A DNA stretch of 64,000 nucleotides, taken from assembly GCA_044226625.1 (NCBI GenBank), contig JBGAGQ010000018.1, positions 33,616 through 97,615 of the forward strand, written 5' to 3'. Shown piece by piece: positions 11,758 through 21,015 of the stretch. A model generated the notes under the pieces. The model saw only the letters and a list, made by a program, of their open reading frames with translations, ran no database searches and had not been told where the DNA came from. Position 1 is the stretch's first letter. Each line of letters begins with the position of its first letter. The stretch comes from Thermoanaerobaculia bacterium (lineage in GTDB: Bacteria > Acidobacteriota > Thermoanaerobaculia > Multivoradales > UBA5704). The translations under genes were made by a program, and so were the position numbers.

Positions 11758-13302
11758 CTACGCGCCACGCCGTGTTGGGAGCAAACGGAATTCGATCCCG
11801 CGCATCCTCCGCACCAGGGAAAGGGCCAAAGCGAAACCCGAGGCCGCGAGCGCGCCCAAGAGGAGGGTTCCCGCCATCGAGGGCCTCTCTGCCGAGATCA
11901 GCGCTCCCCGCCAGGCATCGACCGCGGCCGACAGCGGATTCCAGCGCGCGATCGTCGCGAGCCAGGCGGGCATCGCCCGATGGGGGACGAGGGCGGTGCT
12001 GGTGAAGAAGAGAGGCATGTTCACCAGGTGGACGAAGGTCGCCATCCCTTCTTGGGAGCGGGTGAGGAAGGCGAGGATCGAGGAGAGCGCGGCGAAGGCG
12101 ACGGCGAATAGGGCGAGGTCGAGGAGGGCGACAGCGCACGCCGTGGGAGCCCAAAGGAGGCGGGCGCCGAGGAGGAGTCCAAGCACCAGGACGACGACTG
12201 CCTGGACCAGGAGCCGTCCAACGTCGGCCCCGATCTTGCCGGCGAGGAGGGGAACGGGTCCCGCCGGTGCGGCGAGGAGGCGGGCCAGGAATCCCGTCTG
12301 CAGGTCGCGAATCCAGCCGATGCCTGACTGGGAGGCGCCGAACAGGAGGGTCATCGCGCTCACGCCTGGCGCGAGGTAATCGAGGTACGAGACGCGCCCG
12401 GTGGGATCGATCTCCACCCGCCCGAAGCGATGGAACAGGAAGCCGAAGAAGAGCATCCAGATGAGGGGTTGGCCGAGCGAGAAGGTGAGCAGAACGGGCC
12501 GGCGAAGGGCGCTGCGGAGGGTGCGGCCGGCGACAGCCCGCGCGGCGCCGAGTCTCGAAGGAGCCGGGCTGGGTGTGCGGGCATCGGGTGTCCCCCTGGA
12601 GGCGCCGCCGGTGAAGGCTTCAGCCATCCGGCCCGCCTCGAGGCGCACGATCCGATCCGCCCCTTCCGCCGCCGCGCGATCGTGGGTGGCGATCACCACG
12701 GCGGCGCCTTTCGCCGCTCGCCGATCGATCTCCTTCCGGAGCGTTGCCACCCCTTCGTCGTCGAGCCCCGCCGTCGGCTCGTCGAGCAGGAGGAGCGCGG
12801 GCTCGTGGATCATCCCCGCCGCGAGATGGAGCCGGCGCTTTTGTCCACCCGACCAGGTGGAGACGGGACGGTCGAGTGGCTTGGCGATACCGAACGCCTC
12901 GGCGAGCTCCCGGATCCCTTCGGCGAGACCGCGGCGGGGTATGCCGTGGAGCGCAGCCAGGAGGCCCAGCGTCTCGCGGCCCGTCATCTCGGGATCCAGC
13001 GCAACTTGCTGAGGCACGAACGAGACTTCACGGCGAAGGATCTTTCGTTCGCGCCGGTCTGCCTGCGCCGGCTCGTCGATCCCGAGCACGTTCACAGCGC
13101 CGCGGCTTGGGGCGATCTCTCCGGCGAGCAGGTGCAATAGCGTGCTCTTGCCCGCGCCGTTCGGCCCGAGGAGGGCCGTGACGGAGCCGCGAGGCAGATC
13201 GAGGTCGATCGCGTCGAGTGCGGCGGTCGAGCCGAAATCTTTTCTCGCGCCGCGGAGCGAGACGGCCGGTCCAAGCTCGGCCGCTTCGCCGTCAGTCGGC
13301 AT
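11758..13302 (-). CDS. Fused ABC exporter: ATPase plus ABC-2 type permease in one polypeptide
   Basis: GPNGAGKST, WSGGQ signature and LLLLDEP, followed by a six-TM ABC-2 permease ('YLDYLAPG', 'NPLSAAVDAWR'). Confidence 0.88.
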   Translation of the reverse strand: MPTDGEAAELGPAVSLRGARKDFGSTAALDAIDLDLPRGSVTALLGPNGAGKSTLLHLLAGEIAPSRGAVNVLGIDEPAQADRRERKILRREVSFVPQQVALDPEMTGRETLGLLAALHGIPRRGLAEGIRELAEAFGIAKPLDRPVSTWSGGQKRRLHLAAGMIHEPALLLLDEPTAGLDDEGVATLRKEIDRRAAKGAAVVIATHDRAAAEGADRIVRLEAGRMAEAFTGGASRGTPDARTPSPAPSRLGAARAVAGRTLRSALRRPVLLTFSLGQPLIWMLFFGFLFHRFGRVEIDPTGRVSYLDYLAPGVSAMTLLFGASQSGIGWIRDLQTGFLARLLAAPAGPVPLLAGKIGADVGRLLVQAVVVLVLGLLLGARLLWAPTACAVALLDLALFAVAFAALSSILAFLTRSQEGMATFVHLVNMPLFFTSTALVPHRAMPAWLATIARWNPLSAAVDAWRGALISAERPSMAGTLLLGALAASGFALALSLVRRMRGIEFRLLPTRRGA

Positions 13303-14131
13303 GGACGATCGTGCCGACGTGCTCGCCTTCCAGCGCTCGGGCGAGCCGATCGGGATGCCGACCGTTGACGATCTGGAAGCTTTTCACCAGCCGCGCCCGG
13401 GAGAGCAGGTCGAGCAGCACCTCGTCGAACGGTAGCGTCGCAAGGCCCAGAGAGCGCAGCTCGCCCACCCCGATCCGAGGGATGAACCGGGCGCCGGAAT
13501 GGATCTTCGGATCGGCGTCGTACAGGCCGTCGACGTCCTTGACCAGGATCACGCTCTTGCAGCCGAAGCACTCGGCCACCAGGTAGGAGCCGGCGTCGGT
13601 CCGATGCGGCGGGATGCGGCCGATTTCCGGCGGATGCTCCCAGATCGAATAGGGGGGATCGCCGTTGAAGATCACACCCGGCGCGGAGTGTAGGAAAAGC
13701 GGCAACAGGTGGCCGAACATCTCCGGCGGGATCGCCACCACGCCGAGCGGCGCGAGCAAGGTCCCCAGGATGTGGGCGTTGCCGAGCGCGTCGGCGATCG
13801 CGAGCTGGGCGAGGACGCCGGTCGGCAGCCCGAGGTCCATGCCGATCGAAAAGACGTGGCGGGAGCGCACGCCGCCTCCGGTCGAGAGGATCAGCTTGCG
13901 TTCGCGAAGCACCTCGGCGAGCACTTCCACCAGCCCCGGGAGAGCCTCGGCCCCGTGGTCGACGATCGATCGCCCGCCGATCTTCACCACGTGGGCGTGG
14001 GGGAGCATCCGGACGAGCGGCGCCTTGCGCTCGGTGCCGGCGACCAGGTCCTTGTCGATCAGGCTTTCGCGCATCAGCATCGAGGTCAGGTGATGCCGGG
14101 CGTCTTCGGAGGGCTGGGTTTCCTCGGTCAT
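13292..14131 (-). CDS. mosA: Molybdenum storage protein alpha-like subunit (amino-acid/UMP kinase fold)
   Basis: 'HLTSMLMRESLIDKDL', 'VVKIGGR', 'RSRHVFSIGMDLGLP', 'RIPPHRTD', 'ALEGEHVGT' resemble Azotobacter MosA as recalled. Confidence 0.8.
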   Translation of the reverse strand: MTEETQPSEDARHHLTSMLMRESLIDKDLVAGTERKAPLVRMLPHAHVVKIGGRSIVDHGAEALPGLVEVLAEVLRERKLILSTGGGVRSRHVFSIGMDLGLPTGVLAQLAIADALGNAHILGTLLAPLGVVAIPPEMFGHLLPLFLHSAPGVIFNGDPPYSIWEHPPEIGRIPPHRTDAGSYLVAECFGCKSVILVKDVDGLYDADPKIHSGARFIPRIGVGELRSLGLATLPFDEVLLDLLSRARLVKSFQIVNGRHPDRLARALEGEHVGTIVHAD

Positions 14132-14147
14132 GTCGCGCGCCTCTTTC

Positions 14148-14972
14148 TCAATCGACCGAAATCAGGGTGCCGACGTCTTCGCCTTCGAGGGCACGGGTGA
14201 GGTTGCCGGGCACCAGGCCGTTGATCACCCGGATCGAGGTGCGATGGACGGCGCGCTCCATGAGGTCGAGCACCGCGCGCTCGACCACGAGGTCACCCAA
14301 GTCCATGGCCTTCAATTCCGACACGGTGATCTTCGGGATGAATTTCGCGTTGCGGTCTTTCTTGGGATCGGCGGTGTAGAGGCCGTCCTCGTCCTTCACG
14401 TAGATCATCGAGCGGGTGCCGAAGACCTCCGAGACGAGATAGGCGCCGGTGTCGGTCCGGTGTGGCGGGATGCGTCCGATCGCCGGGTTCTGCTGCCAGA
14501 AGGTGTAGGGGGGCATGCCGAAGAAGACCGCGGCACGCCGCTCGGCGAGAAACAGCGGCAGCTGGGGAAACTGCGCGGGCTCTATGAACGGGATGCCGTG
14601 CCGGGCGAGCAGGTAGTGGATCATCCGCGCGTTCTGCATGCTGACGAACGTGCCGAGAACGCTCATCACGCCGGTCGGCAGGCCGAGGTCGAGGGCGACG
14701 CTGTAGGCATGGCGGGCACGCGTGCCGGCGCCAGTGCCGAGGATCATCCGATGGCGCGGAAGGTTCTCCACCACCTCGTCGAGGATCGGAAAGACCGCGG
14801 CGCGTCCGCGGTCGATCATGCTCTGGCCGCCGATCTTCACCACGTTCGCCTCGGGCAGGATGCGCTCGACCGGACCGACCGTCTGGCGCATCAGATCGCG
14901 ATCGGAAAGCGACCCCGCGACGAGGTTCTTCCCCAACTCGGTGAGCAGGTCTCCGGCGAGCGCTTCGGTCAT
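14148..14972 (-). CDS. mosB: Molybdenum storage protein beta-like subunit
   Basis: 'ILPEANVVKIGGQSMIDRGRAAVFP', 'GTGAGTRARH', 'GMPPY', 'KDEDGLYTADPK', 'NGLVPGNLTRAL' resemble Azotobacter MosB as recalled. Confidence 0.83.
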   Translation of the reverse strand: MTEALAGDLLTELGKNLVAGSLSDRDLMRQTVGPVERILPEANVVKIGGQSMIDRGRAAVFPILDEVVENLPRHRMILGTGAGTRARHAYSVALDLGLPTGVMSVLGTFVSMQNARMIHYLLARHGIPFIEPAQFPQLPLFLAERRAAVFFGMPPYTFWQQNPAIGRIPPHRTDTGAYLVSEVFGTRSMIYVKDEDGLYTADPKKDRNAKFIPKITVSELKAMDLGDLVVERAVLDLMERAVHRTSIRVINGLVPGNLTRALEGEDVGTLISVD

Positions 14973-15763
14973 GCCCGGTCTCCGCGCGGCGGGATCGAAA
15001 CCCCCGCGATCTCGTAGGTTTCGATCGAAGGGTACCGCACATCGAGCGCGCCGAAGCGCTCTTCCGCGAAAGCTCGCAGCGCGGAGAGCACCTCGCGTTG
15101 AAGCTGCGGCGTGACGTCATGCCCGCCGAGTCCGGTCTTGCCCGCCCAGGCGTCGAGAAGCGCCGCCGGTCGTTCCTCGGTCTCCCACCGGGCGACCACG
15201 ACCGCCGGCAGCTCCGTCGTATTCGGAACATGCGCAACAAGAGCTTCCAGCACCGCGCGATGCCCTTTCCTGCCGCCGCGTGCGGGCAATCCTCGGGCGG
15301 CGAGAAGGACCTCGAGCTCGCGGCGCAGGGTCGTGCGGACGCTCTCTTGCGGACGCTCGACGCGGCCGATCGCGAACCGGCCTCCGGACGGCGAGGCGAG
15401 CCGCGCCACTTCGCCGGCGAGGTTGTGCAGGTCGAGCCGGTGCGCCGCGCGGGAGGCGAAGATCAGCTGCGCCGCATCACCGCGCAACGGCCACGGACGG
15501 GACGCGTCGGCGGCGACGCGCGGCGCGCGTGACCGGCGCCCGAATCGGGCGAGCATCCCGGTCGACAGATCGAGTCCGACATAGCGGGCGCCGTCGGAAA
15601 CGAGAGCGGCGCCGACTTGTCCGGTGCCGCAGCCGATCTCGACGATCCGCCCTCCCTCGGCGAGCCGTTCGAGATGGCGACCGATTGCGACGACCGCCGC
15701 GTCGGGCAAGCCGGCGCGGCGGTCGAACTCGGCGGCCTGTTCGTCGAAGGCCGCTCGGCTCAA
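14969..15763 (-). CDS. Class I SAM-dependent methyltransferase
   Basis: 'IVEIGCGTG' motif I and 'GLDLSTGML'. TTG start at 15763 overlaps the oxidase stop (TTGA), and its stop overlaps the mosB ATG. Confidence 0.85.
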   Translation of the reverse strand: MSRAAFDEQAAEFDRRAGLPDAAVVAIGRHLERLAEGGRIVEIGCGTGQVGAALVSDGARYVGLDLSTGMLARFGRRSRAPRVAADASRPWPLRGDAAQLIFASRAAHRLDLHNLAGEVARLASPSGGRFAIGRVERPQESVRTTLRRELEVLLAARGLPARGGRKGHRAVLEALVAHVPNTTELPAVVVARWETEERPAALLDAWAGKTGLGGHDVTPQLQREVLSALRAFAEERFGALDVRYPSIETYEIAGVSIPPRGDRA

Positions 15764-18021
15764 TGGGAGTGGTCCATACCGCTCATTCCTCCGGCCGAGG
15801 CACCCGGGACGTACGGCGGACAGGGGGGGAACGGCGTGGTAGCCGACGGCGTGCCGCATTCGTCCGCCATGCCGTTCGTCTGCGTCTTGCCGTATTTCCA
15901 CGCCTTGGGGTCGGCGCCGCCAGGGGGGCAGACCGCCTGGACGTTCTGCATCATTCCGCGGTCTTCATGGCCGAGGAAATGGCAGTGCAGCACGTAGCCG
16001 CCGGTGTAGTCCTCAAATCGCTGGAGGATCTCGATCGACTTGACCGCCGCCCCCTGGCAGCAGCCGCAGACCGACTGTTGGCCGGGGACGGTCGTCCGCC
16101 ACTGGCCGTTCCAGCTAAACGCCGGGCCTCCCTGCGTAGGGATCGCGGCGCACACCCCAGGGCACACCTGCTCGGCCTGGGACTGGCCGGAGATCGGACC
16201 GGCGTTCGCGTCTTGGCACGTGACGTTCGGCAGGGCGACGGTGTCCCACCAGATGTAGGGGGGCTTGAACGTCGTGGTGTCGTTCCGCGTCAGCTGGAAC
16301 GGGTTGGTATGGATGTGGAACGGATGGTTCGGCGCCGAGTCGTTGGTGATCGTCCACCGCTCGCCGGTGCCGAGGGTCATGGTCTGGTTCGCGCACGACT
16401 GGTTGTACTTCAGCTTGTCGATCCAGAAGCCGTTCGGCTGGGTGCCCGGCTTCGTGTCGATCCCCGTCGCGGGGTCGGTCATCGAGAAGGCGAGCGTCCG
16501 ATCGCGCACGACCGAGGAGATGTCGGACAGATACGGCGGCATGGCGGGCCATGTCGTGGGCAGCGTCATCGCCGGGACGATCGGGTTCTTGTCGGTGAGG
16601 TCGATCGAGAAGAGCGAGGGATTCGACTGCGCTACGGCGGCGCCGCGCAAGCGCTGCGCGGAGCGGAGGTCGAGCTGGTCGCGCAGGTCGGACACTACGT
16701 TGCCGAAGACGGCAAACGTCACCTCGCGCATGCCCGGCGCCGCTTCCTTCGGCGAGGCCGGCGCCTGGACCAGGAAGTCGGCGCGGTTGCCAGGAGCGAT
16801 GCTGAAGGTCTGGCCGGGGCCGAGCAGCGGCTGGCTCGCGTAATTTTCGGGCGCGAACTGGACGCCGTCCTGGGCGATCTGCCGGACCACGAAGTCGTCG
16901 GGAAAGTCCACCGTGACCTCGGCGGAGGCCTGCATCGTGGCGTTGATGAAGCGCAGGCGTTTCACCTCACCGTAGCGGAAGGTGATCTTCGGGTCGGCCT
17001 GGCCGTTGACCAGCGGCTGCGGCGGATAGTTCGGATGCGGGCGGTGGAAGAAGTTGAGCTCCGGCCACTGCTGCTGGACGTCCATCAGCTTCTCGAACGT
17101 CTCGACCGCCGCGGGATCGTTGCCGTTCACCTTGTAGTAGTTCCAAAGCCAGTCGTCGAGCTCCCCTTCGATCAGCAGAGAGCCGGAGAGGCCGTTCAAA
17201 ACCTGGAGCGCCGTGGCGCCGTGCTTGTGCGGGTGGTACCAATGGGTGCCCGGCGGCTGGTTCCAAGGAAACGGGTCGAGCTCGGTCTGGTAGGTGCCGA
17301 TCGCCACGGTTTCGCTCACCGGCGGCGGGGGAGGATTGGTCTGGAGCGACGAGTAGAGGGCCACCAACGGAAAGTCGTGGTGCGGCTGCGGCGAGACGTG
17401 CGTGCCGTGGTAGTGAATGTTGGTGACGTCGGGGCCGTGGAAGCAGTCGGGCTCCTTCTGGGGGATTTTGACGCCGCTGGTCGATCCGGGGGTCGGCGGC
17501 TGCTGGACCTCGGCCGGGTCGCACTTATGGTACGGGTAGTTGTTGTTCGGCAGTCGGTTCGCGAGCAGCAGCCGGAAGCGGGTGCCGGGGACGGCGACCG
17601 GGTTGGTTTTCGGATCGTACGGCTTGCTTGGCTCTTTGAGCTTCGCCTTCCGTACCCGATAGGTCGGCCCCGGGCTGGTCCAGAGGAGGGTCGGATCCTT
17701 CGGATTGTTGCCGTTCAGCGGCGAGCCGTAGGTGCGCAACGACATCTGCCGATACTCCCAATGTGGATTGGGGATCGTCTTACCCGCGGCGTCCTGAGAA
17801 ACCCAGAGCGGCACGCAGTAGGCCGTCCTCTGTTCGACGGTCAAGCTGGTGTCGATCAGGCCCGTCGGCAGCGGCCGGATCACCCGGGGCTGGATGAGCT
17901 CCTGGTTGTAGACCGGCTGAGGGCAGACGGGGGGCTGCCCGATGGCCGGGGTGGCGACCGTGGCGAGCGCGAAGACGAAGAGTAAGAGGGCGAACAGGGG
18001 CGGGCGGAAGCGTTCGACCAT
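15760..18021 (-). CDS. Secreted three-domain multicopper oxidase with inserted mannan-binding-lectin (MVL)-like module
   Basis: Signal peptide. Cu motifs TNIHYHG, HWYHPH, HPFHIH and HCHFLGHEDRGMM. Insert 'AGPISGQSQAEQVCPGVC...WNGQWRTTVPGQQSVC'. Confidence 0.9.
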   Translation of the reverse strand: MVERFRPPLFALLLFVFALATVATPAIGQPPVCPQPVYNQELIQPRVIRPLPTGLIDTSLTVEQRTAYCVPLWVSQDAAGKTIPNPHWEYRQMSLRTYGSPLNGNNPKDPTLLWTSPGPTYRVRKAKLKEPSKPYDPKTNPVAVPGTRFRLLLANRLPNNNYPYHKCDPAEVQQPPTPGSTSGVKIPQKEPDCFHGPDVTNIHYHGTHVSPQPHHDFPLVALYSSLQTNPPPPPVSETVAIGTYQTELDPFPWNQPPGTHWYHPHKHGATALQVLNGLSGSLLIEGELDDWLWNYYKVNGNDPAAVETFEKLMDVQQQWPELNFFHRPHPNYPPQPLVNGQADPKITFRYGEVKRLRFINATMQASAEVTVDFPDDFVVRQIAQDGVQFAPENYASQPLLGPGQTFSIAPGNRADFLVQAPASPKEAAPGMREVTFAVFGNVVSDLRDQLDLRSAQRLRGAAVAQSNPSLFSIDLTDKNPIVPAMTLPTTWPAMPPYLSDISSVVRDRTLAFSMTDPATGIDTKPGTQPNGFWIDKLKYNQSCANQTMTLGTGERWTITNDSAPNHPFHIHTNPFQLTRNDTTTFKPPYIWWDTVALPNVTCQDANAGPISGQSQAEQVCPGVCAAIPTQGGPAFSWNGQWRTTVPGQQSVCGCCQGAAVKSIEILQRFEDYTGGYVLHCHFLGHEDRGMMQNVQAVCPPGGADPKAWKYGKTQTNGMADECGTPSATTPFPPCPPYVPGASAGGMSGMDHSH

Positions 18022-18200
18022 GGTTCGAATCCTCCTTAGACCGCCGTCGACGGAACGAGGGACGAGTCCGTCGGCGAAGGAAAGATGGCGTGCGCGAAGG
18101 TTTGAGGCTACACCCGGTGGATGTCGCGGTCAAACGACAACTGGAGGATACGAAACGTGCCTTGCCGCGCGATCGGGGCCGGCATACCATCCCGGGCAAA

Positions 18201-19427
18201 ATGAGCGACTCCGAGGAGAGGGGGGAGAGGCGTGGCGATCGCGAGCTGGTGCCGCGCTTGGAGGGACAGGGGTACTCCGCCGAGGCGCTCGCGAGCCGGC
18301 GCGCCTGGGCGCAGGAGAAGACCGGCGCCCGTCTGGGCGCGATAGGCGGCGCGCCCATCGACCCCGAGGAAATGCGGGGCAACATCGAGAACCCGATTGG
18401 TGAGGCGCGCCTGCCGCTCGGCGTCGCCGGACCTCTCGTCGTGCGCGGCGAGCACGCGGACGGGACGTTTTACGTTCCCCTGGCGACGACCGAAGGGACG
18501 CTGGTCCGCTCTTACGAGCGCGGGATGGTCGCGATCTCTCGCTCCGGAGGGGCGACGGCGCGGGTGCTCGCCGACGAGAACCGCGTCTCGCCGATCTTCC
18601 GTTTTTCAAACGTCGAGTCGGCCGTGGCGTTCGCCCGTTCGATCCCTGGCCGTTTCGCCGAGATCGCCGAAGCGGCGGAGGCGACCACCCGTCACGGCCG
18701 GCTGCTCCGGATCGAGCCGATGACGCTCGGCCGCAAGGTGATCCTCCATTTCGTCTACTCTACCGGCGACGCCCACGGCATGAACATGATCGTCCGGGCG
18801 ACCGAGGCCGCCTGCCGCGAGCTCGTGGAGGAGGCGGACGGGTACGTGCTGTTCAGCGGCGCCGAGTCGGAAAAGCACGCGAGCGGCTCGTTGCTTGCGG
18901 GAGGGAAGGGCAAGCGCGTGACCGCGGGCGCCCTTTTGCCCGCACGGGTGACGCGGGCGTACCTCCACGCGACCCCCGACGAAATCGTTGAAGTCTGGCA
19001 GCACACGGTGCTCGGGCACCTCCAGGCCGGGGCGATCGGCTACAACGGGCATTTCGCCAATGGCCTGACTTGCCTGTTCATCGCCTGCGGCCAGGACGTC
19101 GCGAACATTGCGAACGCGGCGGTGGGTGTGAGCCACCTCGAGCGGACCAAGACCGGAGATCTGTTTGCGAGCGTCACCCTGCCGTCGCTCACCGTGGCCA
19201 CGGTCGGCGGCGGCACCGGCCTCGGCACCGGCCGCGAGTGCCTGGAGATGCTCGGGTGCTACGGTGGAGGGAAGGCGAAAAAGCTCGCCGAGATTGCCGC
19301 CGCGACGGTGCTCGCGGGCGAGCTGTCGATGGCAGGCGCGATCGCGAGCGGCGAGTTCGTTGAGGCGCACGAGACCTACGGCCGGAACCGGCCAGAAGGG
19401 GACACCCCTTCCGCCGAGGCCTCGTGA
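18201..19427 (+). CDS. Class I HMG-CoA reductase-like protein (divergent motifs)
   Basis: ENPIG, PLATTEGTLV, TGDAHGMNM, GQDVAN, VATVGGGT, LAGELS and a C-terminal His. Confidence 0.85.
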   Translation: MSDSEERGERRGDRELVPRLEGQGYSAEALASRRAWAQEKTGARLGAIGGAPIDPEEMRGNIENPIGEARLPLGVAGPLVVRGEHADGTFYVPLATTEGTLVRSYERGMVAISRSGGATARVLADENRVSPIFRFSNVESAVAFARSIPGRFAEIAEAAEATTRHGRLLRIEPMTLGRKVILHFVYSTGDAHGMNMIVRATEAACRELVEEADGYVLFSGAESEKHASGSLLAGGKGKRVTAGALLPARVTRAYLHATPDEIVEVWQHTVLGHLQAGAIGYNGHFANGLTCLFIACGQDVANIANAAVGVSHLERTKTGDLFASVTLPSLTVATVGGGTGLGTGRECLEMLGCYGGGKAKKLAEIAAATVLAGELSMAGAIASGEFVEAHETYGRNRPEGDTPSAEAS

Positions 19428-20944
19428 AGCGCCGATTTCGCGGGCTGCGCTCGGTTCCCGACCCCCGGTATGACGCGATCCTGATCGGCTCGGGCGTCGG
19501 AGGGCTGGTCGCCGGCAACCTACTCGCGCGGGCCGGGCTCAAGGTCCTCCTCGTCGAGCAGCACTACATGGTCGGCGGCTACTGCAGCACTTTCCGCCGC
19601 GGCGGCTACACGTTCGACGCGGCGACCCATTTCTATCCGCTGCTCGGCAACCCGGACACGCTCACCGGCCGGCTCCTCGCCGAGCTCGGCGTCACGACCG
19701 GCTGGGTGAAGATGGACCCGGTCGACACCTTCCACTTTCCCGACGGCTCGCGCTTCGAGGTGCCGGCCGACCTCGAAACGTACAAGGCCAAGGTCAAGGC
19801 CGAGTTCCCCGAGGAAGCCGGCGCCCTCGACGCGTTCTTCCAGGAGGTCAAGGAGGTCTACTTCCTCGGCTTGCTCCATTACTTCCGCGGCAAGCCGATC
19901 GAGCGCGGGGTTGCGCAGATGGAACGGCTGGAGCGCCTTCGCCATCTGACGCTCGGCGAGGTGCTCGCCGCGCGCTTTCGCGACCGCAAGCTGAGGCTTC
20001 TCCTCGCCGCCGACTGCCCCCATTGGGGCTCGCGCCCCGGGCGCACCTCGTTCGTTTTCGACTCGATGCTCCGGCTCTCCTACTTCCTTGGGAACTACTA
20101 CCCCAAAGGCGGCTCGCAGGCGTTCGCCGACGAGCTGGCGCTCCGGTTCGAAGAGCAGGGAGGGCACCTGCTCACGAGCGCGATGGTCGAGCGCATCTAC
20201 GTCGAAAAGGGCGCCGCTCGTGGCGTCGAACTGGAGCTTCTCCGCGGTCCGGTCAAGGCGCTCTTCCCGCGCGGCCGGATCGAGAGCGACGTGGTGATCT
20301 CGAACGCCGACCTGATCCAGACCTACGAGCGGTTGATCGGCGCCGAGAATCTTCCCGCCGAGGCAATCGCCGAGGTCCGGGCGCTCCGCCCGACGTTTCC
20401 CTGTTGGCTCACGCATCTCGGCCTGGTCGACGTCACGAACGAGGAGCTCGAGCAGGTGCAGGGGTATTACTGGGACGGCTGGGACATGGACCGGGTGGGG
20501 ATCGACGCGCTCCGATTCAAGTTGTTCGCTCCGACGCTCTACGAGCCGGAGATGGCTCCGCCGGGCGGCCAGGTGCTGATCATCCAGAAGGTCATGGAGA
20601 TGGACTACGACCGGATCGACGATTGGCCGAAGCACAAAGCGGAGGTCGAGGCGTTCCTGTTCGACCACCTCGGGCGCCTGATGCCCGGAATCGAGAAGAA
20701 GATCGTCGCGCGCACCAGCGCCTCGGCGAAAACCTCGGCGCGCTTCACCCTGAACACGAGCGGCGCCATGCTCGGCTGGGAAATGTCCCCGGCCCAGCTC
20801 GGCGACGGCCGGCCGACGATCGAGACGCCGATCGACGGCCTCTATTGCGTCGGTCACTGGACCCGCCCGGGCGGCGGGATCACGCCGGTCATCGTCTCGG
20901 CGCAACAGGCAGCGCAGAGGGTGCTCGCGGGGAGAGGGGAGTAG
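19424..20944 (+). CDS. Phytoene desaturase (CrtI)/retinol-saturase-like FAD oxidoreductase
   Basis: GSGVGG Rossmann motif, 'VGGYCSTFRRGGYTFD', 'YYPKGGSQ', 'GLYCVGHWTRPGGGI'. GTG coupled to the reductase stop. Confidence 0.88.
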   Translation: MKRRFRGLRSVPDPRYDAILIGSGVGGLVAGNLLARAGLKVLLVEQHYMVGGYCSTFRRGGYTFDAATHFYPLLGNPDTLTGRLLAELGVTTGWVKMDPVDTFHFPDGSRFEVPADLETYKAKVKAEFPEEAGALDAFFQEVKEVYFLGLLHYFRGKPIERGVAQMERLERLRHLTLGEVLAARFRDRKLRLLLAADCPHWGSRPGRTSFVFDSMLRLSYFLGNYYPKGGSQAFADELALRFEEQGGHLLTSAMVERIYVEKGAARGVELELLRGPVKALFPRGRIESDVVISNADLIQTYERLIGAENLPAEAIAEVRALRPTFPCWLTHLGLVDVTNEELEQVQGYYWDGWDMDRVGIDALRFKLFAPTLYEPEMAPPGGQVLIIQKVMEMDYDRIDDWPKHKAEVEAFLFDHLGRLMPGIEKKIVARTSASAKTSARFTLNTSGAMLGWEMSPAQLGDGRPTIETPIDGLYCVGHWTRPGGGITPVIVSAQQAAQRVLAGRGE

Positions 20945-21015
20945 GCGGGCTCCTAGAGCTCCTTTCTTCCGCCGGTGCTATCGTTCCTCCCGACGAACCC
21001 TGGGAGATCGAACGC

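Noticed and set aside
11758-13302. Exporter for the lanthipeptide precursors
   Set aside because: It has no C39 peptidase domain, lies more than 10 kb away, and is coupled to a different operon.
13292-14972. Uridylate kinase (pyrH) duplicates
   Set aside because: They have KIGG and IPPHRTD MoSto-type motifs rather than the PyrH KLSGE pattern, and they are not in the tsf-pyrH-frr context.
15280-17985. 901-aa plus-strand ORF and similar long antisense ORFs (e.g. 211-1374, 9274-10752, 38740-40593, 40987-43065, 48580-50109, 61116-62669)
   Set aside because: Shadow ORFs opposite well-supported genes, as expected in high-GC DNA. They are Arg/Gly/Val-rich with no motifs.
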